From Crocosphaera subtropica ATCC 51142 (GTDB taxonomy: Bacteria > Cyanobacteriota > Cyanobacteriia > Cyanobacteriales > Microcystaceae), in the NCBI RefSeq assembly GCF_000017845.1, contig NC_010546.1, forward strand, positions 4,860,001-4,892,000: DNA of 32,000 nucleotides. The letters are read 5' to 3'. Within the stretch, counting starts at the first letter, position 1. Every line of letters starts with the position of its first letter. This document shows, one piece after another, positions 7,582 through 16,110 of this stretch. The notes beneath the pieces were generated by a model. That model saw only the letters and a list, made by a program, of their open reading frames with translations, did no database searches and had not been told where the DNA came from. A program made the position numbers and the translations under genes.

Positions 7582-9681
7582 ATGGAAAATTTGTTATCTA
7601 TTTTACGAAGCAATCCGCTTGTTTCCTTCACGATCTTATTATTGGTTATTTTGACGTTACCCCCTATTTTTGAACGGTTACGTCTTCCGGGATTAGTGGG
7701 ATTACTATTTGCTGGTGTTATCTTAGGTAAAGATGGGTTATATCTCTTAGATGCTGACTCAGAAAGTATAGACCTGTTGGCTGAGATTGGTAAAATTTAT
7801 CTCATGTTTGTGGCCGGTTTAGAGATAGATTTAGCTGAATTTCGTAAAACAAAAGATCGATCGGTAGTGTTTGGGTTTTTAACTTTTTGTTTTCCGTTAC
7901 TGATGGGAACTTATGTCGGTCTTAATTTTGGGTTTGGCTTAAATTCTTCTATTTTGATTGGTTCTTTATTAGCATCTCATACTCTTTTAGGATTTCCCAT
8001 TGTCCAACGGTTAGGAATGGTCAAAAATGAAGCGGTTATGGTAACCATTGGGGCGACAATTTTTACCGATATTGCTGCATTGTTAGTGTTAGCCATTTCT
8101 GTTTCTATTCATCGCGGAAATTTTTCTCCGGTTAGCTTGATTATTCAACTGGTGGCTTTAGGGTTTTATTCTATTATTGTTCTGTTTGGTTTCGACTGGT
8201 TGGGTAAAGAATATTTTAGACGCACAGGAGACGAAGAAAGTAACCAATTTTTATTTGTTTTATTAGCAGTATTTTTAGCATCTATTGGCGCACAATTAAT
8301 TAATGTTGATAAAATTGTCGGGGCATTTTTGGCCGGTTTAGCGGTTAATGATGTCGTGGGGAATGGTCCCGTTAAAGAGAAGATAGAATTTGTGGGAGGA
8401 ACCTTATTTATTCCCTTCTTTTTTGTGGGGATGGGACTATTATTAGATATTCCAGCTTTCATCAAAACCATTCGATTTGAACTCCCTTTAGTGATTGGTA
8501 TTGTTGGTGGTTTAATTGTGGCAAAATTTATGGCTGCAATAGCTGTAAAGTTTATTTATCGCTATACTTGGCCTGAATTATTTACCATGTGGTCTTTATC
8601 ATTGCCCCAGGTAGCTGCCACATTAGCTGCAGCCTTAGCAGCCTATCAAATCCAAAATGTAGCAGGGGAAAGATTGATCAATGAAGCTGTTTTTAATAGT
8701 GTCATTGTCTTAATGTTAATTACCTCAATTTTAGGCCCTGTATTAACTGCCCAATTTGCCACAAAATTGCCTTTATCTAAAACCATAGAAAATGAAGCAC
8801 CTGGCACAATACGAAGTACATTAGATGAATGGTTACCTCAGTTAAAATCGGAAACCAAGAATGATAGTTTTAATATTGTTATCCCTATTTATAATCCCCA
8901 TACCCAACGAGATTTAATCGAAATGGGGGCGTTATTAGCTAAAAAAGAGTCAGGAATTATTGTACCGGTTTCCATTGCCACTGCTGGTGTTCATATGGAT
9001 GATCCACAACTGGATGGAAACTTAAAACGAAGTCAAATGTTATTAGATCGAGCCAGAGAAATTAGTCAAGAATTTAGTGTCGATACTGAGCCAATTATTC
9101 GTATTGATGATGATATTGCTTATGGAATTAGTCGCACAGCAAAAGAAAAAAATGCTCACTTAATTATTATGGGATGGAGTAGAAATACGGGGTTAAAAGC
9201 ACGACTCTTTGGTACCGTTTTAGATACGGTATTTTGGTCATCTCATTGTCCCGTTGCCGTGATGCGTTTATTAGATAATCCGACTAACTTACATCGCATT
9301 TTATTGCCAGTTAAAAACCTCAGTAAAGCCACCTTAGAAACGATTAAATTTGCTAAACTCTTCGCTGATGCAAACCAGGGATCAATTACTCTATTACATA
9401 TCAGCGATCGCCAAACCCCAAGTCAACAAGTAACGGAATTTAAAACCGCTTTATCTAATCTCGTTACTGACTATGAATTATCCGAAAAATGTAAAATTAA
9501 AATGATTATTCATGATGCTCCAGCACAAGTCATTATTCGTGCCTCTCATCAATTTGATCTCGTTATTTTAAGATCCTTCCGTCGTCGTACTGCCGGGGGG
9601 TTAGCAGTAAGTGATATTACAACAGAAGTTCTCAAAAAATTAAGTTGTTCTTTAGTATTATTTGGTCAACCCCATTCTTAA
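7582..9681 (+). CDS. Cation:proton antiporter (CPA-type Na+/H+ or K+/H+ exchanger) fused to two C-terminal universal stress protein (USP) domains
   Basis: The N-terminal approx 400 aa form a polytopic Na_H_Exchanger-like domain (LPGLVGLLFAGVILG, IYLMFVAGLEIDL, GAFLAGLAV). The C-terminus has two USP-like modules (FNIVIPIYNP...HLIIMGWS...CPVAVMR and HRILLPVKN...FDLVILRS...CSLVLF). Confidence 0.9.
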   Translation: MENLLSILRSNPLVSFTILLLVILTLPPIFERLRLPGLVGLLFAGVILGKDGLYLLDADSESIDLLAEIGKIYLMFVAGLEIDLAEFRKTKDRSVVFGFLTFCFPLLMGTYVGLNFGFGLNSSILIGSLLASHTLLGFPIVQRLGMVKNEAVMVTIGATIFTDIAALLVLAISVSIHRGNFSPVSLIIQLVALGFYSIIVLFGFDWLGKEYFRRTGDEESNQFLFVLLAVFLASIGAQLINVDKIVGAFLAGLAVNDVVGNGPVKEKIEFVGGTLFIPFFFVGMGLLLDIPAFIKTIRFELPLVIGIVGGLIVAKFMAAIAVKFIYRYTWPELFTMWSLSLPQVAATLAAALAAYQIQNVAGERLINEAVFNSVIVLMLITSILGPVLTAQFATKLPLSKTIENEAPGTIRSTLDEWLPQLKSETKNDSFNIVIPIYNPHTQRDLIEMGALLAKKESGIIVPVSIATAGVHMDDPQLDGNLKRSQMLLDRAREISQEFSVDTEPIIRIDDDIAYGISRTAKEKNAHLIIMGWSRNTGLKARLFGTVLDTVFWSSHCPVAVMRLLDNPTNLHRILLPVKNLSKATLETIKFAKLFADANQGSITLLHISDRQTPSQQVTEFKTALSNLVTDYELSEKCKIKMIIHDAPAQVIIRASHQFDLVILRSFRRRTAGGLAVSDITTEVLKKLSCSLVLFGQPHS

Positions 9682-9766
9682 CCTAAAATGACTCAATTAC
9701 CGCCAAAAAAACGTTACCCTAAGAAACAACAGAGTCAACCTTAAATTACACTGTGGAGTATTTTAA

Positions 9767-10417
9767 ATGGCAGATATCACAAGAGAAGAAATGCGCGATC
9801 GTCTAGGGAATATTGAACAAATTCGTGACTTATTATTTGGTAACACCATCCGAGAATACGATAAGCGTTTTCAACAGTGTGAGCAAAATATCGATAAATT
9901 AACCAGAGAATTCTCTTTATTTGAAACAGAAACCCGCGATCGCCTCGATCAACTTCAAGATTCTTTAACAACAGAAATTCGCTCAGTGGTCAATTCTTTA
10001 GAGAAAAAACTGAAATATTTGAGTATGACCACTCACGAACAAATTAACCAATTAGAAAAAGAACTTGATTCAACCGCTAAAAATAATTCTCGAAGTATTG
10101 AATCGTTGAATCAAACTATCACAGGACAAACGAACTTTTTAAGAAATGATCTGGTTCAAACAAGAGATAAATTAGAAAAATCAATGCAATCTTTACGAGA
10201 ACAGGTATTTGAAGCCATACAAAATGAATTAGTTGATCTTCAAGATAAAAAAGTTGCTCGAACTGATTTAGCTGATATTTTATTTGAACTTTGTGTCAAA
10301 ATCAAAGGGGATGAATTGGTTACAGATTTTCCCGAAAATACCGAACAGCATAGCCATACTGAATTATTTTTACCCGAACAACAAGCCAGCTTAGAATCAG
10401 AACACAATGACGAATAA
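9767..10417 (+). CDS. Coiled-coil protein of unknown function (first gene of the GTPase/c-di-GMP cluster)
   Basis: 216 aa with a GGAG 10 nt upstream of the ATG. Heptad-like, charge-rich sequence runs through most of the protein (LDQLQDSLTTEIRSVVNSLEKKLKYL..., QINQLEKELD..., RDKLEKSMQSLREQVFEAIQNELVDLQ). Confidence 0.75.
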   Translation: MADITREEMRDRLGNIEQIRDLLFGNTIREYDKRFQQCEQNIDKLTREFSLFETETRDRLDQLQDSLTTEIRSVVNSLEKKLKYLSMTTHEQINQLEKELDSTAKNNSRSIESLNQTITGQTNFLRNDLVQTRDKLEKSMQSLREQVFEAIQNELVDLQDKKVARTDLADILFELCVKIKGDELVTDFPENTEQHSHTELFLPEQQASLESEHNDE

Positions 10418-10443
10418 ATGAACATGATTGAGGATTGATAGAG

Positions 10444-10797
10444 ATGGCATTACCCGATAAAAACTCCTTTGACAATTCATCACTATCCCCTGATTCTGAT
10501 GAGAATTCTGTAAAAGCATTAGAAAATTTGTTAGGATTATTAACAGAATTAGAAATGCTAGATCAAGGAGATGAAGATGAAATAAGAGAAAATAAGATGA
10601 GTCAAAAATTAGAAGGAATTCAACCCAAAAATAGATACTCAAAATTGTCTCAATCTTCTCAAAAAGTACAGGTTCCAAGAAAAAGTAAGTATCACGAGTC
10701 TCTTGCTATAAAGATAAGTCAATTAGAGCAGAAAGTTAATCAATTAGAAAAAAAAAAGATGACCCCGAAGAAGTTATTAACCTTGTACTACCTTTAA
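10444..10797 (+). CDS. Small hypothetical protein with an acidic N-half and a basic coiled-coil C-half
   Basis: The ORF runs to TAA at 10795-10797, which overlaps the next ATG (TAATG). I prefer the ATG at 10444 (GAGG 12 nt upstream) over the TTG at 10435 in the track. An A10 tract lies at 10748-10757. Confidence 0.55.
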   Translation: MALPDKNSFDNSSLSPDSDENSVKALENLLGLLTELEMLDQGDEDEIRENKMSQKLEGIQPKNRYSKLSQSSQKVQVPRKSKYHESLAIKISQLEQKVNQLEKKKMTPKKLLTLYYL

Positions 10798-12548
10798 TGA
10801 CAGAATTGTTAGCTTCTCCTTCGATATCAGAAGAAACAATTAAGCAAGCTATTACCCCTGTTATTGATCAAATTATCAAAGAAAGATCCCAACAAGATCG
10901 CCTAAAAATGAGTCAAGCGATCGCCGATATTTTACCAACAGCCATTGCCCAAGAAATTGAAAATTCCCCTCAAGAAATAGCCAAAGCCATTGCCCCAGAA
11001 ATGGCTTTAGCCATACAAAACCAAATTCAACTGGATCGAGAGGCGATCGCCCAAACTTTAGGCCCAGAAATGGGACAAGCCATTAAACATCAAATCGAAG
11101 TAGAACGAGATGCCATGGTGGATGCACTTTATCCAGTGATTGGTAATACTATTTCTAAATATATGGTAGAACTCGCTAAATCTATTAATGATAAAGTAGA
11201 AAATGCACTTTCAATGGATGGGATTCGGCGAAAAATACAAGCCAAAATACAAGGGGTTTCTGAAGCAGAATTGATTTTACAAGAATCTATTAATTTTTCG
11301 GTTCAAGCTGTTTTATTAATCCATAAATCATCGGGTTTAATTATAAGTCAAGTCCAATCTGCATCTCAGCCAATAGAAGAAGTAGATTTATGGGCAGCAA
11401 TGTTAACTGCAATTCGTGATTTTGTTAATGATTGTGTTACGGTAGAAGGAAAAGTATCTGAGCTTCATGAAATTGAATACGATGATGCCAAAATTGTCTT
11501 AGAAGTCGCAGGGTATTGCTATTTAGCCGTTATTATAAAAGGAGAACCTTCCCAAACTTTTCTCAATCAAATTCGTCAAACATTAAGCCATATCATTCTT
11601 AAAAGCGGTCGAACCATTGAAGACTTTAATGGAGATCAATCTACCATCCCTCAATTTATTCACCCTCAACTCAAGGCATTAATTACCTTTTGTACTGACT
11701 CAAAAACCTCTAACCCTCCTATTACTTTAATTTTCATTTTCTCACTCATTATTATTAGTGTTGGGACAATTGTTTATCGTCATCAAATTACTAATTCCTG
11801 GGAAAAAGAAGTATTAAAGGCCTTAGATGCTGCGCCAGAATTATCGGTTTATCGTATTATTCCCGAAGTAAAAAGAAGGCAATTAATATTAAGAGGACGA
11901 GTCCCTAACCTGGCTTTAAAAAAACAAGCAGAAAATATCACTCATCAAGTTACCCCTCATTTAACCCTAGATAATCAAATTGTTGCAGTTAATATCCCCC
12001 CTGATGATCAAGCTATCGCAGGAGAAGTTCAACGGGTGACAGAAATTTTTAACCAAACTGAGGGAGTAGCTATTAATACGAATTATCAAGATCATAAGGT
12101 CACTATTACAGGATTCGTCCTCAATATTAGTCAAAGTAATCAACTTTCCCAAGCCTTTCAACAAATTCCAGGAATTGAGCAGGTAATTAGTACCTTTCAA
12201 ACCCAACCCTATTTAGAAACTCGTATTTATTTTGATCAAAATTCTAGTCAGTTTCAAACTGATAATATTAACCAAAAAGTTAAAACTATTGAAAAATTTT
12301 TAGCGGAACATCCTCGCATTCATCTTATAATAATAGGTCATAGTGATACAACAGGTTCAGTTGCTCAAAATGAATCACTAGCTAAGGCTAGGGCTAAAGC
12401 CGTAGAGCGAGTTTTACTGCAAAATAAGGTGGATTCTCGTCGCTTAAGGATTGCTGTGAGTCTTCAACCTCCGCCTGGTGTAACCAGCAATCAACCCTTA
12501 TGGTTAAGTCGGTGTGTGCGCTTTGAAATTTCGATTCCGCCCAATTAG
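10797..12548 (+). CDS. Bitopic envelope protein: cytoplasmic repeat region plus a Roadblock/LC7-like module, one TM helix, two BON-like domains and a C-terminal OmpA/MotB-like peptidoglycan-binding domain
   Basis: 583 aa. An approx 21-aa repeat occurs twice (AIAPEMALAIQNQIQLDREAI / TLGPEMGQAIKHQIEVERDAM). Residues approx 165-271 have a beta-alpha-beta-beta-alpha pattern (VLLIHKSSGLIISQV, DLWAAMLTAIRDFVNDC, AKIVLEVAGYCYLAVIIKG, FLNQIRQTLSHIILK). The TM helix is ITLIFIFSLIIISVGTIVY. The OmpA-like block is IYFDQNSSQF...IIIGHSDTTGSVAQNESLAKARAKAVERVLL. Confidence 0.85.
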   Translation: MTELLASPSISEETIKQAITPVIDQIIKERSQQDRLKMSQAIADILPTAIAQEIENSPQEIAKAIAPEMALAIQNQIQLDREAIAQTLGPEMGQAIKHQIEVERDAMVDALYPVIGNTISKYMVELAKSINDKVENALSMDGIRRKIQAKIQGVSEAELILQESINFSVQAVLLIHKSSGLIISQVQSASQPIEEVDLWAAMLTAIRDFVNDCVTVEGKVSELHEIEYDDAKIVLEVAGYCYLAVIIKGEPSQTFLNQIRQTLSHIILKSGRTIEDFNGDQSTIPQFIHPQLKALITFCTDSKTSNPPITLIFIFSLIIISVGTIVYRHQITNSWEKEVLKALDAAPELSVYRIIPEVKRRQLILRGRVPNLALKKQAENITHQVTPHLTLDNQIVAVNIPPDDQAIAGEVQRVTEIFNQTEGVAINTNYQDHKVTITGFVLNISQSNQLSQAFQQIPGIEQVISTFQTQPYLETRIYFDQNSSQFQTDNINQKVKTIEKFLAEHPRIHLIIIGHSDTTGSVAQNESLAKARAKAVERVLLQNKVDSRRLRIAVSLQPPPGVTSNQPLWLSRCVRFEISIPPN

Positions 12549-12570
12549 ATAAGTTAAGTATTTATAGTCT

Positions 12571-13116
12571 ATGATTAGTAAAAAAATCTGTCTGATTGGT
12601 GATTTTGGCGTAGGAAAAACTAGCTTAATTCGTCGTTTTATAGAACATCAATTTAGTGAAGAATATTTATCTACCATTGGAGTCAGCATTTCTCGTAAAT
12701 CAGTGATAGTATCCTCCTCCCATGAAAAACAAGACCCCGAAATAGTACAGTTATTAATTTGGGATATTGAAGGAAAAACAAAATTTCAAAAGATTTCTCC
12801 TAGTTACTTAAAATCTGCTCAGGGGATTATCATCGTGGCTGATTTTAGTCGTCAAGATACCATTGCTAATATCCCTTTTCATGTTGATTTAGTCCGTTCA
12901 ATCAATCCTGAAAGACTGACCCTAAGCATTGTTGTCAATAAAATTGATCTCGTTGCAGAACATTTGCCGACCCTTTTACTCCAACAGTATCAAATTCCTA
13001 ACCAGTTTCCCACCATCCCGATCTATCATACCTCTGCAAAAACAGGAGAAAATGTCGAAATCATGTTTCACCAATTAGCTCAGAGTATGATGGAAAAAAA
13101 CAACCAAAATTATTGA
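12571..13116 (+). CDS. Ras-superfamily small GTPase (Rab/Ras-like)
   Basis: G1 is GDFGVGKT and the switch I Thr lies in STIGV. G3 is WDIEGK, with Lys where Ras has Gln61. G4 is NKID and G5 is TSAK. Length is 181 aa. Confidence 0.9.
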   Translation: MISKKICLIGDFGVGKTSLIRRFIEHQFSEEYLSTIGVSISRKSVIVSSSHEKQDPEIVQLLIWDIEGKTKFQKISPSYLKSAQGIIIVADFSRQDTIANIPFHVDLVRSINPERLTLSIVVNKIDLVAEHLPTLLLQQYQIPNQFPTIPIYHTSAKTGENVEIMFHQLAQSMMEKNNQNY

Positions 13117-13213
13117 CGGATTTAAAAGTTCAATTAAAATAGCGTACATTCCCTTATTGTTGTTCCTTGACTCAAAAGATGCTGTTATTTGTTGTCTTCA
13201 TTTATTTATCTAT

Positions 13214-15142
13214 ATGGCACAAGAAAAGTCGATATCCCTCAACTCCCACTTAGTCTCTGTCGAAGCATTAATTAGTGAACATACTGAGAAACTTAATCAA
13301 GCCAAAGAACACTTACAACAACTTACCATTCACTTAGATCAATTAACCCATACTAATCTTCAACTATCAGAAGATATCTATCACTGCCAAAAGTTAGACG
13401 AAGAACTGAGACTAAATGAGCAAGCTTTACAGCTTAATCAAGAACGACTTCACAGTATTCTTGGCTCCATTGATGATGTGGTGTGGTCGATTGTTCCCCA
13501 AACTAGCCAAATTCTTTATCTTAATCATGCCACCGAGACGGTGTATGGTCGTCCCATTGCAGACTTTTTAGATAACTTAAATTTATGGCAAGAAATTATC
13601 TATGCAGACGATCAACAACGGGTTGAAGAGTCCCAACAACTTCTTTATAAAACAGGAATACAAGATATTGAATATCGCATCCTTTGGCCCAATGACGAAA
13701 TACATTGGATTAGGGTTCGGAGTCGTTTGATTAAAGATGATCAAGGAAACCCCATCCGTATCGATGGACTCACCACAGAAATCACCGAATATAAACAAAT
13801 TAAAGACCAACTACTTCATGATGCCTTGCACGATAATTTAACGGGCTTACCTAACCGAACCCTATTAATGGATCGCATTGAACAAGGGTTGAAACGGTGT
13901 CAACGGGATAAAAATAGACGGTTTGCTCTGCTGTTTTTGGATTTAGATGGATTTAAGCTCATTAATGATAGTTTAGGACATTTAACCGGGGATCAGCTAT
14001 TAATTATCCTCAGTCATCGGTTTAGTCGATGTTTGCGGGCCGAAGATACCTTATCCCGACTTGGAGGAGATGAATTCGTCATTTTGTTGGAGAATTTAAG
14101 CAATATTGATGAAGCGATCGCCATTGCTGATCGTATCCATAACATTCTCAAAGAACCGATTTTGTTACAAAACGAAGAAATTTTTATCAGTGTTAGTATT
14201 GGCATTGTTTTAGGCGGAGAACAATCCGTTTATAATAATCTCGATCAAGTGGCTGAATTGCTACGAGATGCAGATACTGCCATGTATCGAGCTAAGGCCA
14301 AAGGACCAGGAACCTCAAAAGTCTTTAAACCCTCGATGCACACCCATGTTATGAAACGGTTACAGGTGGCTAATGAGTTGCAAAGGGCCATTGAACGTCA
14401 AGAATTTATTGTTTATTATCAACCGATTATTTCCCTAGACAGCGATCGCATTGATGGGTTTGAAGCCTTAGTCCGTTGGCAACACCAAGAGAAAGGATTG
14501 ATTGCTCCTACGGATTTTATTCCCATCGCTGAAGAAACAGAAGCCATCTTAAAAATTGATCAATGGGTGTTGCGTCATGCTTGCACTCAATTAGGTCTTT
14601 GGCAACAACAATTCCCAAATCTAGGATCTTTGACCATGAGTGTTAATCTTTCTAGTAAACATTTAGCCCATCCCAGTTTAATTGAAGTATTAGATGAGAT
14701 TTTAGCCGAAACCGGGTTAGGAGGAAGCTCTTTAAAAGTAGAAATTACCGAAAGTTTTGTCATGGAACAAAGCAAAACATCCCTTGATATTCTAGAGCAA
14801 ATCAAACAGCGAAAAATTGAACTGTGTTTAGATGATTTTGGGACAGGTTATTCTTCGTTGAGTTATTTAGATTGCTTTTCTTTTAATATTTTGAAAATTG
14901 ATCGCTCTTTTATTAAACGGTTAGTCGCAGAACAAGATAGATGCGAAATTATTAAAGCGATTGTGGATTTAGCCATAACCTTAAATATGCAAGTGGTAGC
15001 GGAAGGGGTAGAAACTAATGTGCAACGGAAGAGATTAAAAGCTTTAAATTGTGGTTATGGTCAAGGTTATGGCTTTTTTCCCCCTTTAGATAGTCAAAAC
15101 ATTACCCGTCTTTTAGAGCAGCAAGATACACCCATCAACTAA
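13214..15142 (+). CDS. Coiled-coil/PAS-GGDEF-EAL c-di-GMP turnover protein
   Basis: A PAS-like region (LHSILGSIDDVVWS...IEYRILWPNDEIHWIRV) is present. An intact GGDEF motif (RLGGDEF) has an RxxD I-site 5 aa upstream (RAED). The EAL domain is intact (FEALVRWQH, DDFGTGYSSLSYL, EGVET). The first in-frame ATG is 13214, and the track start at 13157 is a TTG. Confidence 0.92.
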   Translation: MAQEKSISLNSHLVSVEALISEHTEKLNQAKEHLQQLTIHLDQLTHTNLQLSEDIYHCQKLDEELRLNEQALQLNQERLHSILGSIDDVVWSIVPQTSQILYLNHATETVYGRPIADFLDNLNLWQEIIYADDQQRVEESQQLLYKTGIQDIEYRILWPNDEIHWIRVRSRLIKDDQGNPIRIDGLTTEITEYKQIKDQLLHDALHDNLTGLPNRTLLMDRIEQGLKRCQRDKNRRFALLFLDLDGFKLINDSLGHLTGDQLLIILSHRFSRCLRAEDTLSRLGGDEFVILLENLSNIDEAIAIADRIHNILKEPILLQNEEIFISVSIGIVLGGEQSVYNNLDQVAELLRDADTAMYRAKAKGPGTSKVFKPSMHTHVMKRLQVANELQRAIERQEFIVYYQPIISLDSDRIDGFEALVRWQHQEKGLIAPTDFIPIAEETEAILKIDQWVLRHACTQLGLWQQQFPNLGSLTMSVNLSSKHLAHPSLIEVLDEILAETGLGGSSLKVEITESFVMEQSKTSLDILEQIKQRKIELCLDDFGTGYSSLSYLDCFSFNILKIDRSFIKRLVAEQDRCEIIKAIVDLAITLNMQVVAEGVETNVQRKRLKALNCGYGQGYGFFPPLDSQNITRLLEQQDTPIN

Positions 15143-15144
15143 GA

Positions 15145-15241
15145 TGAAATCTCTTTGAACACTATACTTGATAGTAGGGTAAGCAGGGGGAGGAGGGGTT
15201 TGCCGTCATGATTTTAATGATGAGTCATTAAGCGGATTTTA
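15145..15241 (-). mobile_element. MITE (97 nt), same family as 2879-2974 in the opposite orientation
   Basis: Its reverse complement aligns end to end with 2879-2974, with 13 substitutions and 1 gap by hand alignment. It begins 3 nt after the GGDEF-EAL stop and ends 7 nt before the next ATG. A TA follows the end at 15242-15243. Confidence 0.7.
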
Positions 15242-15248
15242 TATAAGG

Positions 15249-15869
15249 ATGCTAAACAAAAACTATCGTTATCTTTTATTCAATAAACCCTATGGTGTTT
15301 TATGTCAATTTACTGATAATACCGAAAATCCTCGACCGACCCTTAAGGACTATATCCCAGTTCCCGATGTTTATTCTGTGGGGAGACTAGATAGGGATAG
15401 TGAAGGGTTGCTTTTTTTAACCAATAATGGTCTATTAAAACATCGTTTATCCCATCGCCAATTTGCTCATCCTCGGACTTATTTAGTGCAAGTCGAACGG
15501 ATTCCTGATGAAACCACCCTAAATCAATTGCGTCAGGGTGTTGCGATTAAAGATTACAAAACACGGCCAGCTAAGGTTAAACTGCTCAAGAGTCCTCCTG
15601 CCATTCCCCCTCGTGATCCTCCCATCCGTTACCGCAAAACCGTTCCTACTGCTTGGTTAGCAATGACCTTAACCGAAGGACGCAACCGACAGGTGAGACG
15701 AATGACAGCTGCTGTGGGTTATCCTACCCTAAGATTGATTAGAACCGCCATAGGGGTGCAAACACAAGGAAAGATAACAAATTTGACCCTAGAAGGCTTA
15801 AACCCTGGTCAATGGCGAGAATTAACCCCCTCTGAGCTAATAATTTTTAAGGGTTGGACTGGTTCTTAA
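15249..15869 (+). CDS. Pseudouridine synthase, RsuA/RluE family (no S4 domain)
   Basis: The catalytic motif [17 protein letters not shown] is present, together with RTYLVQVE and [10 protein letters not shown]. Length is 206 aa. Confidence 0.9.
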   Translation: MLNKNYRYLLFNKPYGVLCQFTDNTENPRPTLKDYIPVPDVYSVGRLDRDSEGLLFLTNNGLLKHRLSHRQFAHPRTYLVQVERIPDETTLNQLRQGVAIKDYKTRPAKVKLLKSPPAIPPRDPPIRYRKTVPTAWLAMTLTEGRNRQVRRMTAAVGYPTLRLIRTAIGVQTQGKITNLTLEGLNPGQWRELTPSELIIFKGWTGS

Positions 15870-16061
15870 GGTGATATGAAATCCGCTTAATCACTAAACG
15901 CAAGTATGAACGGTTGGCCACCAATGAAAACAAGTTAATCCACGAATGAATTCGGGCTGTTTCATTAACACCTTAAGGCGAGGAATTAAAACTTCTTCTA
16001 ATTCTTCTATTGTTTCAAAAGAACGATTCACAATTGGTTCGTTTGTCAAAGGCCACAGTCT

Positions 16062-16110
16062 GCTTGCTCCGTCCCTATGTCTGAGGGAACCTCAGACGGG
16101 GCGGTGCGCT
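16062..16110. repeat. 49-nt GC-rich hairpin mini-insertion inside the transposase gene
   Basis: The sequence is gcttgctccgtccctatgtctgagggaacctcagacggggcggtgcgct. A perfect 8-bp stem pairs gtctgagg with cctcagac around loop gaa, with an outer ccgtccc/ggggcgg stem. Deleting exactly these 49 nt joins ...PELQPAE to RLWPL... in frame. Confidence 0.75.

Noticed and set aside
7551-7584. Imperfect hairpin aaggtaatc ... gattaacctt ending 2 nt before the antiporter ATG, as a possible translational control element.
   Set aside because: The stem is AT-rich, short and bulged, and has no conservation information. It could easily be chance in AT-rich DNA.
13157-13213. The track start (TTG at 13157) for the GGDEF-EAL gene, and similarly TTG 31580 for the GntR gene and TTG 10435 for the small ORF.
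   Set aside because: The N-terminal extensions are Cys- and hydrophobic-rich or lack an RBS. In-frame ATGs at 13214, 31562 and 10444 give more typical N-termini. The true starts remain uncertain.
16062-16110. Programmed translational bypassing (T4 gene 60 or mitochondrial 'byp'-like hopping) over the 49-nt and 32-nt GC-rich inserts in the transposase.
   Set aside because: The size, the hairpin and the in-gap stop are suggestive. However, I could not find matching take-off and landing codons flanking either insert (GAA before, AGA after; GCG before, ACA after). Decay by insertion is the simpler reading.
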